Notes: a model not told the origin generated them from the sequence alone. Positions 38,321 to 49,302 are shown, numbered from the stretch's first letter. The stretch: 64,000 bases of DNA from Candidatus Latescibacterota bacterium (GCA_965197905.1 CBDAOB010000004.1:512001-576000), one strand, 5' to 3'. A program made the numbers and translations.

Positions 38321-39868
38321 TTGGTATGTATTTATCTCTGGCACGCTGGCGCAAAGAAAAGGAACGATATGACATCGATCGAGCTGGTCCCACAACCGTT
38401 CCTCGATTGGTACGGTGTCTGGGCGGGTCAGACCGGAATAGACGAAAACAATCAGGCCTGGGGCCAGGACCCGCCGATGGGCGTAAGCCTGAGGGTGCAG
38501 CGGGCGGTGAAGTCCGAGGTTTTCATTCGCGCGGAACATCCTTGGGAGCAGGGAAGCGCTTCTCCGAGTTGTGTCGTTGAGGATGGAGGCCTGCTGAAGC
38601 TCTGGTATCACAGCTGCGGCGCGGTTGAAGGGGACGTCACTTACATGGCGTATGCCGAAAGCACCGACGGTTTCGAATGGCACCGTCCGGACTTGGGGTT
38701 GCGAGAGTACCGAGGGTCCAGGAAAAACAATCTGCTGTTCTCCATGAAGGAGTTCGAGTTGCAATCCGTTTTTGTCGATCCTTCCGCACCCGCGGAGGAG
38801 CGATTCAAAGCGTTGGCCCGCGATGCCATCGTCTACCACAAAGGCCGCGTCATTCCGAAGGTATCGAAAGAGGAGAAATGGGAGATACGGCGGCAGATGG
38901 ATGAGGCGGGCCTGACGCGGGAGCAAAAAGCAGAGGAATTTTATTTCCACGGATTGCTGCGCGGAGCCGTATCACCGGACGGATGCCGCTAGAAATTCCT
39001 CGAAGAACCATTGCTGAACGTGGGTAGGTCGGGCCTCGACAGCCAGAATATCGCCAGCTTCGATCCGGACACGGGGACCTATTTGGGATACCTGCGCGGA
39101 CACATGGATCGCCGCCGCTGCATCCGCCGCACCGAGGGGAACGAATTTGGCAACTGGTCCGCGACGCGACCGGTCTTCATCATGGATCCCCAGGATCCCG
39201 CGGACGACGATGTATACAGCTCCGCGTACTGCCGTTGCCCGGGCAGTGGTCGGCATCTGATCTTCCCGGGCATCTATCACCGGTCGGCGTCCACCACCGA
39301 CGTTCAGATAGCCACCAGTCGTGACGGCCAGCTGTGGAGCCGCCCGGAACGCAAGCCCATCGTGACGCGGGAAATCGAAGGCGATAACTACGGCATGGTC
39401 TTCGCCTTCCCCGATCTGGTACACCTTGCGGCCGACGAGTGGGGCCTTATGATGCACGGCAGCTTCGATCTGCACGATTGGGGCAACCGGTTCGATGCCG
39501 GCAAGAAGCCGGAATGGCGGTGGGCTCAATGGAAGCGCGATCGATTGGTGGCGCTGGAAGCACCGGCGGAAGGCGGGGTGACCCTGGTGGAGCGCGAGTG
39601 CCAGGGTCAGGAGCTTCGAGTTAACTTCCAGACTGAGAAAGAGGGGGGCTGGATCAAGGTGGAGCTGGTGGAGCCACCCGCGACGCCGGCAGCGGCCGTT
39701 AAGGCGATTGAAGGTTTTGGTCTCGATACGGCTGATCTCTTGAGCGGCGACAAGGTTTCTGCCGTGGCTACCTGGAAAGGGAAGAGCGATCTCTCCTCTC
39801 TACGGGGAAGGCATATTTCCATCCGCATCCGCATGGCCCGCGCCAAGCTGTTTTCCACCGCCATGTGA
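38321..39868 (+). pseudogene. beta-propeller hydrolase-like gene (paralog 2 of 3) with an in-frame TAG at 38990
   Basis: both ORFs in the same frame; SPDGCR*KFLEEP where paralogs have W; ends IRMARAKLF. Confidence 0.75.
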
Positions 39869-39875
39869 AACTGGA

Positions 39876-41786
39876 ATGCATCTCACGATCACTGCCTCGC
39901 CGTGGACAGCTGTATTCGTCGGCTGGATCTCTGTAACGGTCAACCTCTCAAACTTGGGAGCATCAGCAGCAATGGAGGAAACCTGGAACAATTCGCTGCA
40001 GCCAGGCGGCGAGGCAGTTGCCCCTGTTACTCTGTCCAGCTACGGCACCAGTGACTACGCCATCGTCGTTCCTGCGGACGCCTCGACGCAGGACACGAAG
40101 GCGGCGTCTCTGCTGCAGGATTGGGTACAGCAGATCGGTGACGTCCAACTGCCCGTCCTGGCTGACACCACCACTGTGCGTTCTCACGAAATCAGCGTTG
40201 GTATAACCAGTCGTCTAGACCATACCGATTTGAGGTTGGAAACGCAGGGCCTTGGTGAAGATGGCTACGAGATCGCGGTCGATCGGAGTAGGATATATCT
40301 CCTTGGCGGCACGCGTCGCGGACCGATCAACGCCGTCCTTGCGCTGCTGGAAGAGGATCTGGGCATTCGTTGGTATACACCATCTGCGCATCGCGCGGAG
40401 AAAAGGTCTGTTATTAAGGTTAGTATCGTACCGCGCCGTTACATACCTGCCTTGAGTCTGCGCGACCCCTTCGTTTTTGATGCTTTCGACGGGAACTGGT
40501 CGCTCATGAATCGCACGAACTCCCATGCCGCTTCCGTCCCGGAAGAGTTGGGCGGTCATCTCAGTTACCCGCGGGGCTGGTATGTGCACACAGCGGACGA
40601 GATGGTTTCGCTGACGCTGTTCGAAGAACACCCGGAGTACTTTGCCGAGATCGACGGCAAGCGCATGCGCGAGCGGGAAGGAAGGCATCCAGCGCAACTA
40701 TGCCTGACCAACACGAATGTTCAGCGCCTTGCCAGCGAAAAGGTCGTCAAAACTCTCGATGAGAATCCGGGCGCCCGCCTGATCAGCGTCTCCCCCAATG
40801 ACGGCGGGGACTACTGCGAGTGTTCGGTGTGCACCGCCTTCAACGATGCGGAGCAGAGTGACGGCGCTACGCTTCTCCACTTCGTCAACCTGGTGGCGGA
40901 GGCGATTGCGGCGAAACATCCCGATGTCCGCGTGGTGCATCTCGCTTATCTTGGAACGGATACGGCCACCAAGACGATTCGTCCGCGGGACAATGTAGTT
41001 GTAATGTTCGCCACCGACTACGATGCGTGGCGCTGGCCGTTTGTGCCTTACGCAATGACCGAAGTGACCCATCGCCGCCTGGCAATGTGGCCGGAGATGG
41101 GAGCGCACGTGCACGTGTGGGATTACGTTACCAATTTCAGCCACTACCTGTTGCCCATGCCGAACATTTCCGTCATCGAGCGGAACATGCGTTTCCTCCT
41201 GGATGAGGGTGTGGAAGGCCTCTTTCTCCAGGGCGCCTACCAGAGTCCGGGCTCCGCCCGAGGCCCCATGCGCGCCTGGGTGTGGGCCAAGAAATTATGG
41301 GACCCAAGTCGCAGTGCAGAAGAACTCGTCCACGACTTCACCTACGGATATTTCGAGGCTGCCGCTCCACCCATGCAGGAGTACAACGAGCTCTTAGAGC
41401 GCACCCACCGACAGCACACGGACCGATTCGTCGCCGAGTACGAATCGGGTCATGAGCGGCTGTATAACATTCGTTACAAACCAGACGTAGTGTTTCTCGA
41501 CACCGAGTTTCTACAGGCTGCCTCTCGCCTCTTCGCAGAAGCCGAGCATCTGGCAAATTCGGACGAAATTCTAGCCCGTGTTCGACTGGCAAAGCTGTCC
41601 ATCCTCTATGCCAAGCTGTCCCGGGCTCCCGGGTACACCGAAGATGACTACGGCGAGTTGATCGCGGAGTTTGAGCGAATTGCTACAGCTGAGAAGGTCA
41701 CACACCTGCGGGAAGGCGCGCCCGATGTAGACGAAAAGTTATCTGGTTGGCGGGAGAACAACGAAGAGTACCAAGCGCAGAATTGA
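39876..41786 (+). CDS. DUF4838 domain-containing protein (paralog of 13874..15919)
   Basis: LLEEDLGIRWYTP, HPEYF, QLCLTN, SPNDGGDYCEC, VWDY. Confidence 0.8.
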   Translation: MHLTITASPWTAVFVGWISVTVNLSNLGASAAMEETWNNSLQPGGEAVAPVTLSSYGTSDYAIVVPADASTQDTKAASLLQDWVQQIGDVQLPVLADTTTVRSHEISVGITSRLDHTDLRLETQGLGEDGYEIAVDRSRIYLLGGTRRGPINAVLALLEEDLGIRWYTPSAHRAEKRSVIKVSIVPRRYIPALSLRDPFVFDAFDGNWSLMNRTNSHAASVPEELGGHLSYPRGWYVHTADEMVSLTLFEEHPEYFAEIDGKRMREREGRHPAQLCLTNTNVQRLASEKVVKTLDENPGARLISVSPNDGGDYCECSVCTAFNDAEQSDGATLLHFVNLVAEAIAAKHPDVRVVHLAYLGTDTATKTIRPRDNVVVMFATDYDAWRWPFVPYAMTEVTHRRLAMWPEMGAHVHVWDYVTNFSHYLLPMPNISVIERNMRFLLDEGVEGLFLQGAYQSPGSARGPMRAWVWAKKLWDPSRSAEELVHDFTYGYFEAAAPPMQEYNELLERTHRQHTDRFVAEYESGHERLYNIRYKPDVVFLDTEFLQAASRLFAEAEHLANSDEILARVRLAKLSILYAKLSRAPGYTEDDYGELIAEFERIATAEKVTHLREGAPDVDEKLSGWRENNEEYQAQN

Positions 41787-41865
41787 TTTTGGGGACCGAA
41801 AGACATGTCGGAGACCCTCTGCGCCAGCTGAATACGGAATCGTGGAAGGTGTCGTGGTTGCCCGA

Positions 41866-42939
41866 TCAAAATTTCTCGTTCCAGCGACACCGCTCGCACG
41901 TGGTAGGACCGCACTGATCAAACGCCCCACCCAGCTTGAAGAAATCAGGATGGCGGCCATTGGCGCTGCAGAGCGGCACCTGCAAACCGCCGCCACCGTC
42001 GTGATAGCCTGTGAACGCGGGACAATCCTCGCGTATCAAGTCTGACTCGCCCGGCACGGCCACGGGAGCCGGTGGAAAATCAAAGCTGCTTTCGACGCGC
42101 TGCGGTCCTCGCGACCAGGCGCGCAACATGGCGGCTCCCTTTGCCATAGCATCCTGTGCAAGATCCGCGCACTCGCGGGTCGGAGGACGCAAAGCCAGGC
42201 ACCAGGGATCATCTGCAAAAATGGTCGCCATGAAACTCTCGAAGGTGCGGGCGCGCATCAGCCCCGAACGCCCCTTCCCCACCTTTCCTTCCTTCAGAAT
42301 TCCGGCGGCGATACAGACATCCTGCATAATGCCCGGAAACTCGTACTGAATTCTTTTGGCGCCCACACAATGGTTCAGATGCCGCTCTCGTGGCCAGAAA
42401 TGACCCATGTACGGAATCTGTAGGACTTCCTCGTAATAATGCCAGAGGGTAATCGAATCCACGCCTACCCCCAGTGTTAGAATGCAGCCGTCCATTTCGC
42501 CCAGAGGTTCAAACGGATTGTGCGAACCACAGAAGGTTGGACAATCCTTGTGGCCCACCAGCAGATCGTTTGAGGCCGGACCCAACGCGACCCACGAATG
42601 GGTGGGATGACAGCTCCGCAATGAACCGGAGCGCCGTCTCACCGTTTCGGCGATTACCCCCTGAAAACCCGGCTGCTCGCTTGGACACAGCGGGCCCGTC
42701 TGTGTGCAGTCGCAGTCGCTGTTGGTAAAATTTTCCGGGTCGTCCCAAACGCTGTCTCGAAAAGCCGGCACGAGCAGGGTGCCTTCCGGGCCGACCGTCT
42801 CCAGAAGCGCGTCCACCACAGTTTCTGCGCCACCATCCACGAAGCCCAGTGCGCTCAATGAGCTGTGCATCATCACCGCGTCGCCGGTGCGGATGTCCAA
42901 CGCTTTGAGGTCCCCAGTTATCTGCTCGCGATCAATCAT
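41866..42939 (-). CDS. AAC(3)/Antibiotic_NAT family N-acetyltransferase with Cys-rich additions
   Basis: MMHSSLSALGFVDGGA, GPEGTLLVP, RSCHPTHS, LGVG..SITLWHYYE. Confidence 0.8.
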   Translation of the reverse strand: MIDREQITGDLKALDIRTGDAVMMHSSLSALGFVDGGAETVVDALLETVGPEGTLLVPAFRDSVWDDPENFTNSDCDCTQTGPLCPSEQPGFQGVIAETVRRRSGSLRSCHPTHSWVALGPASNDLLVGHKDCPTFCGSHNPFEPLGEMDGCILTLGVGVDSITLWHYYEEVLQIPYMGHFWPRERHLNHCVGAKRIQYEFPGIMQDVCIAAGILKEGKVGKGRSGLMRARTFESFMATIFADDPWCLALRPPTRECADLAQDAMAKGAAMLRAWSRGPQRVESSFDFPPAPVAVPGESDLIREDCPAFTGYHDGGGGLQVPLCSANGRHPDFFKLGGAFDQCGPTTCERCRWNEKF

Positions 42940-43130
42940 TGTTGCGTCCCTCCAGTTTGCGATCTCCACCCTAGGCGGCTGCCGGCTTGACGGGCTGAAG
43001 CCAAATTGTCCAATTGGGGGGTGAGGGTCAACCGCTCGGGGTATCAACTTGAGGTACGTGCGTCTCGAGAATAGTTTCCCCAGCTGCGGCTCGCAATTGT
43101 TTTAGATTCTGCAGTTCGTGGAAGGACGTT

Positions 43131-46025
43131 ATGATGGCCGTTGTATACGGGGCACTCCTCCTGGTGTTGGCTATTGGGCCAGCGTTGTCCGAGGGCCAGG
43201 AACTCTCGCTGAACCAGGAAACGCAGCAGCGGCTGCTGCTGCGTCGCGAACGGCCATCCTACCAGAATTACGCCTTCGACCACTATGCCCACTACCCGGA
43301 TCACACTTGGAGCAGGGGAAGCAGTAATGCCCGGCAGGGCATTGGGCCGGAACGGCCGCAGGCCTTATGGAGCCCCCTGGGCGACTACGTGATGACCGGG
43401 TACGACCTGTTCTTCTGGACCGAGCGTCGGCAAGCGGAACAGCGATTTGGCAGTGAGCTCTTCAAAGACTGGGGCAGCTGGCACCATGAATTCATCAACG
43501 TTATGGTGGCGAAGGATGGTTACCGAGACTGGGGGTACAGCGCCATAGTCGGCGACGGGCTGATCGCGCGTTTCACGCCACTGACCCTGTCGATGACGGA
43601 TTTCAACGGCACTCGCGTGGATGTTTCCCTTCCACAATTGAAGTTAACTGCGTTGGGCTCACGCATAGCGCGGCCGAACCGGGAGCACCCCTTAGCCAGG
43701 GGTGGCCAGGTGGAAGACGATCTGTCCACCATGCTACTAGGTAGCCGCGTTCAGGCCGATATTGGGCCGCTACACTTGGGGGTAAACGGGGTAAATCTGC
43801 ACGCCTACGACAGCACCAAGCTGAACAACAGTATCAAGGGGCAGCTGCGCATCGACCAGCCGCAATACAGCTGGCTCATCGTCCGCGTTACGGATGATGA
43901 GCCTACCGATGGCCGCGCCGGAGCCATGGTGCAGGACGTAGTGCTCATGATCAACGGCCAGCCACGACCCGATCTACAGCCACAAGTGATCCGGCACCGG
44001 GCCGATGTCCCGTCCCAAGTCGGCCGTACCCTCAACACCGGTCGATTTCTTCCGACCGGCTACAACAACGTGATCAAACCGTGCCAGTTCTGCTCGACGG
44101 CGAACAGGTATTACCAGAACGAGCAGATACCGCTCTTCGCCGACTATATCTACCTGGTCGCCCACGGCGAAGGTGAAGACGTCAGTATGACTACCAACCT
44201 GGACGAGTTGCTCAATCTGTTTTCCATGGAGTCGCCAGCTACTGTCCAACTCGCCGACGGAGATGAGCAGCTCATCTACCTGTTCGATATGAGGCAAGAG
44301 CCTCAGGTAGAGTCGGTTGAGGTGGAAGCGGTGTTGGGCAACGATTACCGGGTGGATTGGGCCGGGGTGTACCTGAACCAGAGCAATGCCACCGCCCCCA
44401 AGATTGAGGATCGGTTCCGTGCAACCTTCTATCGCACCGGGTTGCGTGCCCGGGATAGCGTCGAAGATGGATCGAACCTCAAACGTGTGCGCTTCAAGGT
44501 GGGAGAGAACACGGCGATTTTCACCTACAGTGCCGATATGCATCTGGCACTGCCGGGGCTGGTGATCAGTGGCGAATATGCACGCTCGGCGGTGTATGGG
44601 CGCTATCCGGCCAACATTGAGGGCCAGCTTCTGCCGTCGGCGGGACCGCGCTTTGCCAATCGGGGATCCGCCTATTTCGCCAACGCCACCCACTGGTTCG
44701 GTGGCGGTCGGATAGGCATGGAGTATTTCTCCATGAATCCGGACTTCACTACCGAGATGGAGGCCTATCTGTTTCAGGATTCCGGCTATAGGGTCTCCAC
44801 CGGCGGCGGCACCTACAGCCCGTATGGCGGATTGAGCAACGATACGGTCATCTGGCGGTTGGTGCAGGACAACGAGGACGGAGACCGCTGGCCCGACTAT
44901 TCCCTTGGGGTTGTTCTCGGCAGTCCACGGACGCCGACCGAGGACGGCGATGGAATATTTCCGGGCCAGGATGACAACAACGATGGCATTCCGGATACCA
45001 ATCGCAACGACAACGACATCCCGGATTACGAGGAGGATTTTCTGCTCTACGAGGTGGAGCCCAACGAATACTTCTACGGCCAGGACCGCAACAATAACGA
45101 CGAGCCCGATCAGCGCGAGGATGATTGGGACGTGGACTATCCGTACGATCCCGACCAGCGCGGCTACCATCTCTTCGGGCAGCTGGACCTGAGCAATTCG
45201 TGGTCTGCCGGAGTGGGACGCTACGCCATCGAGGGGTTGGCCAGTGGCGGCCGCAATCGCTCGAGTTACTTCTTGCTCGGCTATCGTCGCCAGGGGGTGG
45301 CGCGGTTGCAACGGCTCTTTTTCGAAAATCACTTGCGCCGGGTGCAGGACGACATTCCGGACGCGTTTCGCTTTACTGGCGGCAGCGGCGTTCTGGCCAG
45401 GCGGTCCGGTCGGGATCCCCTGTTCTACCAGGACAGCTATGTCAACGAGACCTATCTGGAAGGACAGCTGCGACCCTGGCCAAGGCTGAATCTGGTGCAG
45501 AAGCTGCGTCTGCGGCTCAACTGGCAACAGGGAGGACGGCTACCCAATAGCCGGTTCCAGCGCGCCCGCCGGCTGGACTTCTGGACCGTAGTCTCTCGGG
45601 TGGACTATACGTTGCATTGGGGTAACCTCCGGGTGACTCCACAGTTCAAGTATCTCTACTCGCGGCTGCAGGATCAGCGAGCAAGCCGGACGCTGGTGTT
45701 CGAGTACCGCATTGTTCCCATCATTAAGGTAGCGTATCCGTTAATGAGCCGGACTTCGTTGCAGGCGGGGGTGCAGGGTTGGGGACCTCTACCCTACCGG
45801 GTGAAGAACCGAACGCAAAAACAGGAGAGTTTCGAGCAGCGTACCGCCGTTTTCTCGGTGACAAACCGTTCCCGGTATTTGGGCTACGATCTACACACGA
45901 TCATCGGTTTTCAACGCCGTAATAGGCAGTTCGACGATCCCTTCCAGCGCTTCAGGGAATTCAATACCTGGGAGTTCTTTATGCGTGGGCTAGTGGGTTT
46001 CACCGAGTACGGCCGCGTGATCTAG
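43131..46025 (+). CDS. large probable outer-membrane protein with Ca-binding-like loops (paralog 4 of 4)
   Basis: signal MMAVVYGALLLVLAIGPALS; QDNEDGDRWPD, DDNNDGIPDTNRNDNDIPD; ends GFTEYGRVI. Confidence 0.75.
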   Translation: MMAVVYGALLLVLAIGPALSEGQELSLNQETQQRLLLRRERPSYQNYAFDHYAHYPDHTWSRGSSNARQGIGPERPQALWSPLGDYVMTGYDLFFWTERRQAEQRFGSELFKDWGSWHHEFINVMVAKDGYRDWGYSAIVGDGLIARFTPLTLSMTDFNGTRVDVSLPQLKLTALGSRIARPNREHPLARGGQVEDDLSTMLLGSRVQADIGPLHLGVNGVNLHAYDSTKLNNSIKGQLRIDQPQYSWLIVRVTDDEPTDGRAGAMVQDVVLMINGQPRPDLQPQVIRHRADVPSQVGRTLNTGRFLPTGYNNVIKPCQFCSTANRYYQNEQIPLFADYIYLVAHGEGEDVSMTTNLDELLNLFSMESPATVQLADGDEQLIYLFDMRQEPQVESVEVEAVLGNDYRVDWAGVYLNQSNATAPKIEDRFRATFYRTGLRARDSVEDGSNLKRVRFKVGENTAIFTYSADMHLALPGLVISGEYARSAVYGRYPANIEGQLLPSAGPRFANRGSAYFANATHWFGGGRIGMEYFSMNPDFTTEMEAYLFQDSGYRVSTGGGTYSPYGGLSNDTVIWRLVQDNEDGDRWPDYSLGVVLGSPRTPTEDGDGIFPGQDDNNDGIPDTNRNDNDIPDYEEDFLLYEVEPNEYFYGQDRNNNDEPDQREDDWDVDYPYDPDQRGYHLFGQLDLSNSWSAGVGRYAIEGLASGGRNRSSYFLLGYRRQGVARLQRLFFENHLRRVQDDIPDAFRFTGGSGVLARRSGRDPLFYQDSYVNETYLEGQLRPWPRLNLVQKLRLRLNWQQGGRLPNSRFQRARRLDFWTVVSRVDYTLHWGNLRVTPQFKYLYSRLQDQRASRTLVFEYRIVPIIKVAYPLMSRTSLQAGVQGWGPLPYRVKNRTQKQESFEQRTAVFSVTNRSRYLGYDLHTIIGFQRRNRQFDDPFQRFREFNTWEFFMRGLVGFTEYGRVI

Positions 46026-46299
46026 AGCCCTATGAGCCACCCGTTTCGCTCGGGAAGAAACCTTCCGGAGTCATGCTTTCACTCCTCTCCAGATGTTTGC
46101 GGGCGACAGATTCTCCAGATACTTCAGTGAGTGACTGGCTTGGAATATCAGCGGGGGCTTTCGAGAAGGAGGTTTTCGGTGGTGGTTGCGAAGCGCTGCG
46201 AGCCTTCTGCACGAGTTGAGTCTCTGTGGACTGATCAGTCGATGGGTGTCACGCCTTTCTTGAGAATGACAGGTTCAGTAAATCGCTTCGGCGACTTGA

Positions 46300-47088
46300 T
46301 TGCCCACCTCGGTGAGCCGTCCTAATCTTCGTACCATGACCGACATGCGAGCATTAGCAGCGTTCTTCATGAAGCAACTTTGCCGAATACTCGTTCTCTG
46401 CTCGCTCGGATGTGCAGGAGTGTTAACACTGCCACCCGTGGAGGAGGTCCATGAATACGATGTCGATGGCTATCCCATGGTCATCGATAGGAACAATGCA
46501 AAACTGTTTCAAACTCACGACAGCCGAAGCCGTCTTCTTAGGTACCTGCCGAAAGGAGCTATAGTAAGGGCGCTTGCCGAAGCGGGGTCTAAGGGGAAGG
46601 TCGCGTACTACAAGGTGCGTACCCGTAGTGGAACGATAGGTTGGTTTAAGCGATGGGATTTGGATTCAATAACTGAGGATGAAGCCGAGTTGATCATATT
46701 ACGCGACCAGCAGGCTTTTGAGCAGTCGCTTCAGGATTCCATATTCAATGCGGCCCGTTCACATATCAAGGCGCTAGGCATTCATTGGCTATCTCATGTC
46801 CAGGCAATTCAGCTCACTAATGAAATTGTCCCAGATGCCTCCGGTAGCAGCATAGACTTTGGTGTTCAGGCGCTCATGGTTGGGAGCATTCTTGGGGAAG
46901 ACAAACATCAAATCGACCTGACGGTGAATGTCCTCATTCACCTAAATCGTGATCACTTGTCGCGATCAATTGTGGAGGTCAACCGGGTTGTCTTGACTAG
47001 AGACCAGAAAGTTGATGGGTTAACGTTATCCCAGAAGCTCGGCTTGTTGAAGATTGTCGCTCCTATGCTGGGCATCCTAGTGCCTTAA
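46300..47088 (+). CDS. hypothetical lipoprotein with SH3-like segment (likely start 46369)
   Basis: SLGC lipobox; LPKGAIVRAL...YYKVRTRSGTIGW. Confidence 0.5.
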   Translation: MPTSVSRPNLRTMTDMRALAAFFMKQLCRILVLCSLGCAGVLTLPPVEEVHEYDVDGYPMVIDRNNAKLFQTHDSRSRLLRYLPKGAIVRALAEAGSKGKVAYYKVRTRSGTIGWFKRWDLDSITEDEAELIILRDQQAFEQSLQDSIFNAARSHIKALGIHWLSHVQAIQLTNEIVPDASGSSIDFGVQALMVGSILGEDKHQIDLTVNVLIHLNRDHLSRSIVEVNRVVLTRDQKVDGLTLSQKLGLLKIVAPMLGILVP

Positions 47089-47649
47089 TTCGCGCAGTGA
47101 ACGATCGCTCCGTTCTGCAGCAGTAGATCAGTAATCCTCCTCCTGAGCAAGTAGTCCTCCAGCAGCACCCCGACCCCAAAGCTCCTGAGTTCCATGAGAA
47201 TGCCTCCTATTGGACAGGAGGGAAAACAAAGTCAGTGCCAAATGGAGTTTCTCTGTCGACAGGCTCACTGCCAACGCAAGCGTGTAATACGGGTATCAGA
47301 GTTGTGGCGTCGAGGTGATGTTCGTACCCTGAGATTTGCAATTATCAAGACACCCTATGATTACACTATGAAAAGTCTCATCCTCAGCATCTCTGCCTGG
47401 TGTATCGCATCTGCTCTCTACATGCTCGTCCGCTTCGTGGGCGCTGAATCCTTACTAATTGAGCTTCCACGAAAGCGGGCATCGCTTCTATGTGGATTTT
47501 TGCGAGTCTCTTTCTCGGCGTAGCGTACGCAGCCAGCTTGGCGTTGTCTGAAAAACCCAGCGTAAGACGAAGGTCGTAACCAGGTGAAGGGGGAGCGACC
47601 GAACGCTGACTCGTACTCTGGCAAAACCCCTTGCTGCCGAACCTCGCGG

Positions 47650-48147
47650 CTACAAGTGCCCGTGCAGTATGAGCGCCCATGCGAGGCAGCCGAACGCGAC
47701 CGTCGAGGCCGCGACCCGCAAGAGGTTCGACCTGACCCACTTCGCTTCGTTGAACCGCTCACGCTCAGCGGCGAGATCGATCTCGCCCGGATTCCCAGCC
47801 GCCTTGATTCCGTTGTTGAGCGGTACGTTGACAGCGATGGTTAGGGCAACAATCGCTAACTGCAGCACAAGCGCCCCACCGATCCAAGGCAGCGCCGATC
47901 GCTGGTCCGCACCCAGGTAGAGCGCCCCCGCCAGAGCGCTGAAGATCAGCGGACTCAAGAAAAAGACTGACAGAAAGGGCACCCGGACGACCGCCGTGTC
48001 GATCTGCTGGAAAGCGAAGACGAAAGTGCGATCGTCGGTGCTGCGCAGCCCGGGCATGATGCCGAAGGCGTAGAGTTGGTAGACCCCCGCTCCTATTCCC
48101 ATGGTCATCGTGGCCGCCAGCAGCGCGGCCGTCTGGAGTAGCTCCAT
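47650..48147 (-). CDS. DUF1772 / anthrone oxygenase family membrane protein
   Basis: IMPGLR...FQQID...VNVPLNN...FNEAKWVRSNLLR. Confidence 0.8.
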   Translation of the reverse strand: MELLQTAALLAATMTMGIGAGVYQLYAFGIMPGLRSTDDRTFVFAFQQIDTAVVRVPFLSVFFLSPLIFSALAGALYLGADQRSALPWIGGALVLQLAIVALTIAVNVPLNNGIKAAGNPGEIDLAAERERFNEAKWVRSNLLRVAASTVAFGCLAWALILHGHL

Positions 48148-48168
48148 TTCGGGTCCTCCCGTCCCGTG

Positions 48169-49233
48169 CTAGTGCATGATGTAATACAGGATCATCGTCT
48201 CGCAATGGCTGTCTGCCCAGACGTCCACGACAGAGAGCCTGTCTTTCCATCTGTCGATGATCGCATCGGAACATTCTCCTCTTACCGACTCGATTGCAGA
48301 GCGGTAAGCGAGATTGTCGTTCGAATACTCAATAGCCTCGAAAACCGTGCCGAATCGCTCCAATAGCGTCGGCTTGGCATTCAGGATAGTATCCCTCACA
48401 TCAAGCACATACTCTCTCGCCTCGACAACATCATTGCGATTACCCAGGATGGAGACGTGTCCGGAGAGAATGATGTCAAAGTCATACAGCAAGATCTCGT
48501 CAAAAAAGTTGATGTACTCCCCGATATCTGCCGTTACTCCGAAATCCATGAACGGCGCTTCACCTGGCGTTATCGTATCGACGGCCATGATGAATCTCTG
48601 CTTCGGCACATATATGATCACATCCGTATCTTCTGAATGAAATGCGGCGGACTTCAACTCGACCTTCTCACCGCCGAGTGAAAATTCAAATTGACCCTGG
48701 AAAGTCTTCGTAGGCGGTAGGATATTGGGGTTCCCTCCCTCCTCTATGCTCTCCGCAACTTCTAGCGGAGCGACGACTTGCAGACCTTGGACGTCACTGA
48801 ATGCACTGGCACCGCCGACGTGATCTGCGTGACCGTGACTGTAGACCAGGTACTTGATCGCCTCACTGGGGACGCGCTGCTTGATCGCTTCGGGTAATTT
48901 CCAGGCAAAACTTGGGGGAGCATCAAAGACGATCACGCCTGCGCCCGTCTTCAAGAAAGCCGATTGGTAAATACCGTCCGTAACATAGAAGAGGTCTGGC
49001 TTGACTTCTTCGACATACATTCGAGTCACGGGGTCGAGTTGCGGCATCCTCGCTCTCGTCTTTTCCAATACAGGAGCAAAGGACCGGTACGAATTAACAC
49101 CCTTCGGATTGAGGCTTACGACGTTGGCCGTGATCCTCTCCACTGAATCCGCTTGTGCGTTCAATGCCAGGGGCCCAACAATTGAGACGGCTGCGCCAGC
49201 GACAAGTACGAATAATGAGGAATGTTTCGACAT
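48169..49233 (-). CDS. secreted MBL-fold metallo-hydrolase
   Basis: signal peptide; DAPP, YSHGHADHVGG, SGH. Confidence 0.85.
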   Translation of the reverse strand: MSKHSSLFVLVAGAAVSIVGPLALNAQADSVERITANVVSLNPKGVNSYRSFAPVLEKTRARMPQLDPVTRMYVEEVKPDLFYVTDGIYQSAFLKTGAGVIVFDAPPSFAWKLPEAIKQRVPSEAIKYLVYSHGHADHVGGASAFSDVQGLQVVAPLEVAESIEEGGNPNILPPTKTFQGQFEFSLGGEKVELKSAAFHSEDTDVIIYVPKQRFIMAVDTITPGEAPFMDFGVTADIGEYINFFDEILLYDFDIILSGHVSILGNRNDVVEAREYVLDVRDTILNAKPTLLERFGTVFEAIEYSNDNLAYRSAIESVRGECSDAIIDRWKDRLSVVDVWADSHCETMILYYIMH

Positions 49234-49302
49234 GATATTTGCCCTCCTATAGGTGTTTCAACTGACGAATATTATCGAACAGAGCACCAGCTCGCAACCG
49301 GA

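Noticed and set aside
38990..38992. In-frame TAG as possible amber recoding or pyrrolysine
   Set aside because: It falls at a conserved Trp, one substitution from TGG; TAG is the normal stop of many genes here, including all four OMPs
41866..42939. Aminoglycoside resistance gene
   Set aside because: Only family-level motifs; the family includes many non-resistance enzymes
875..45527. Long antisense or alternate-frame ORFs (875..1792, 8410..9648, 13907..15328, 36795..38222, 43974..45527 and others)
   Set aside because: Shadows of motif-bearing genes in GC-rich DNA; no recognisable domains
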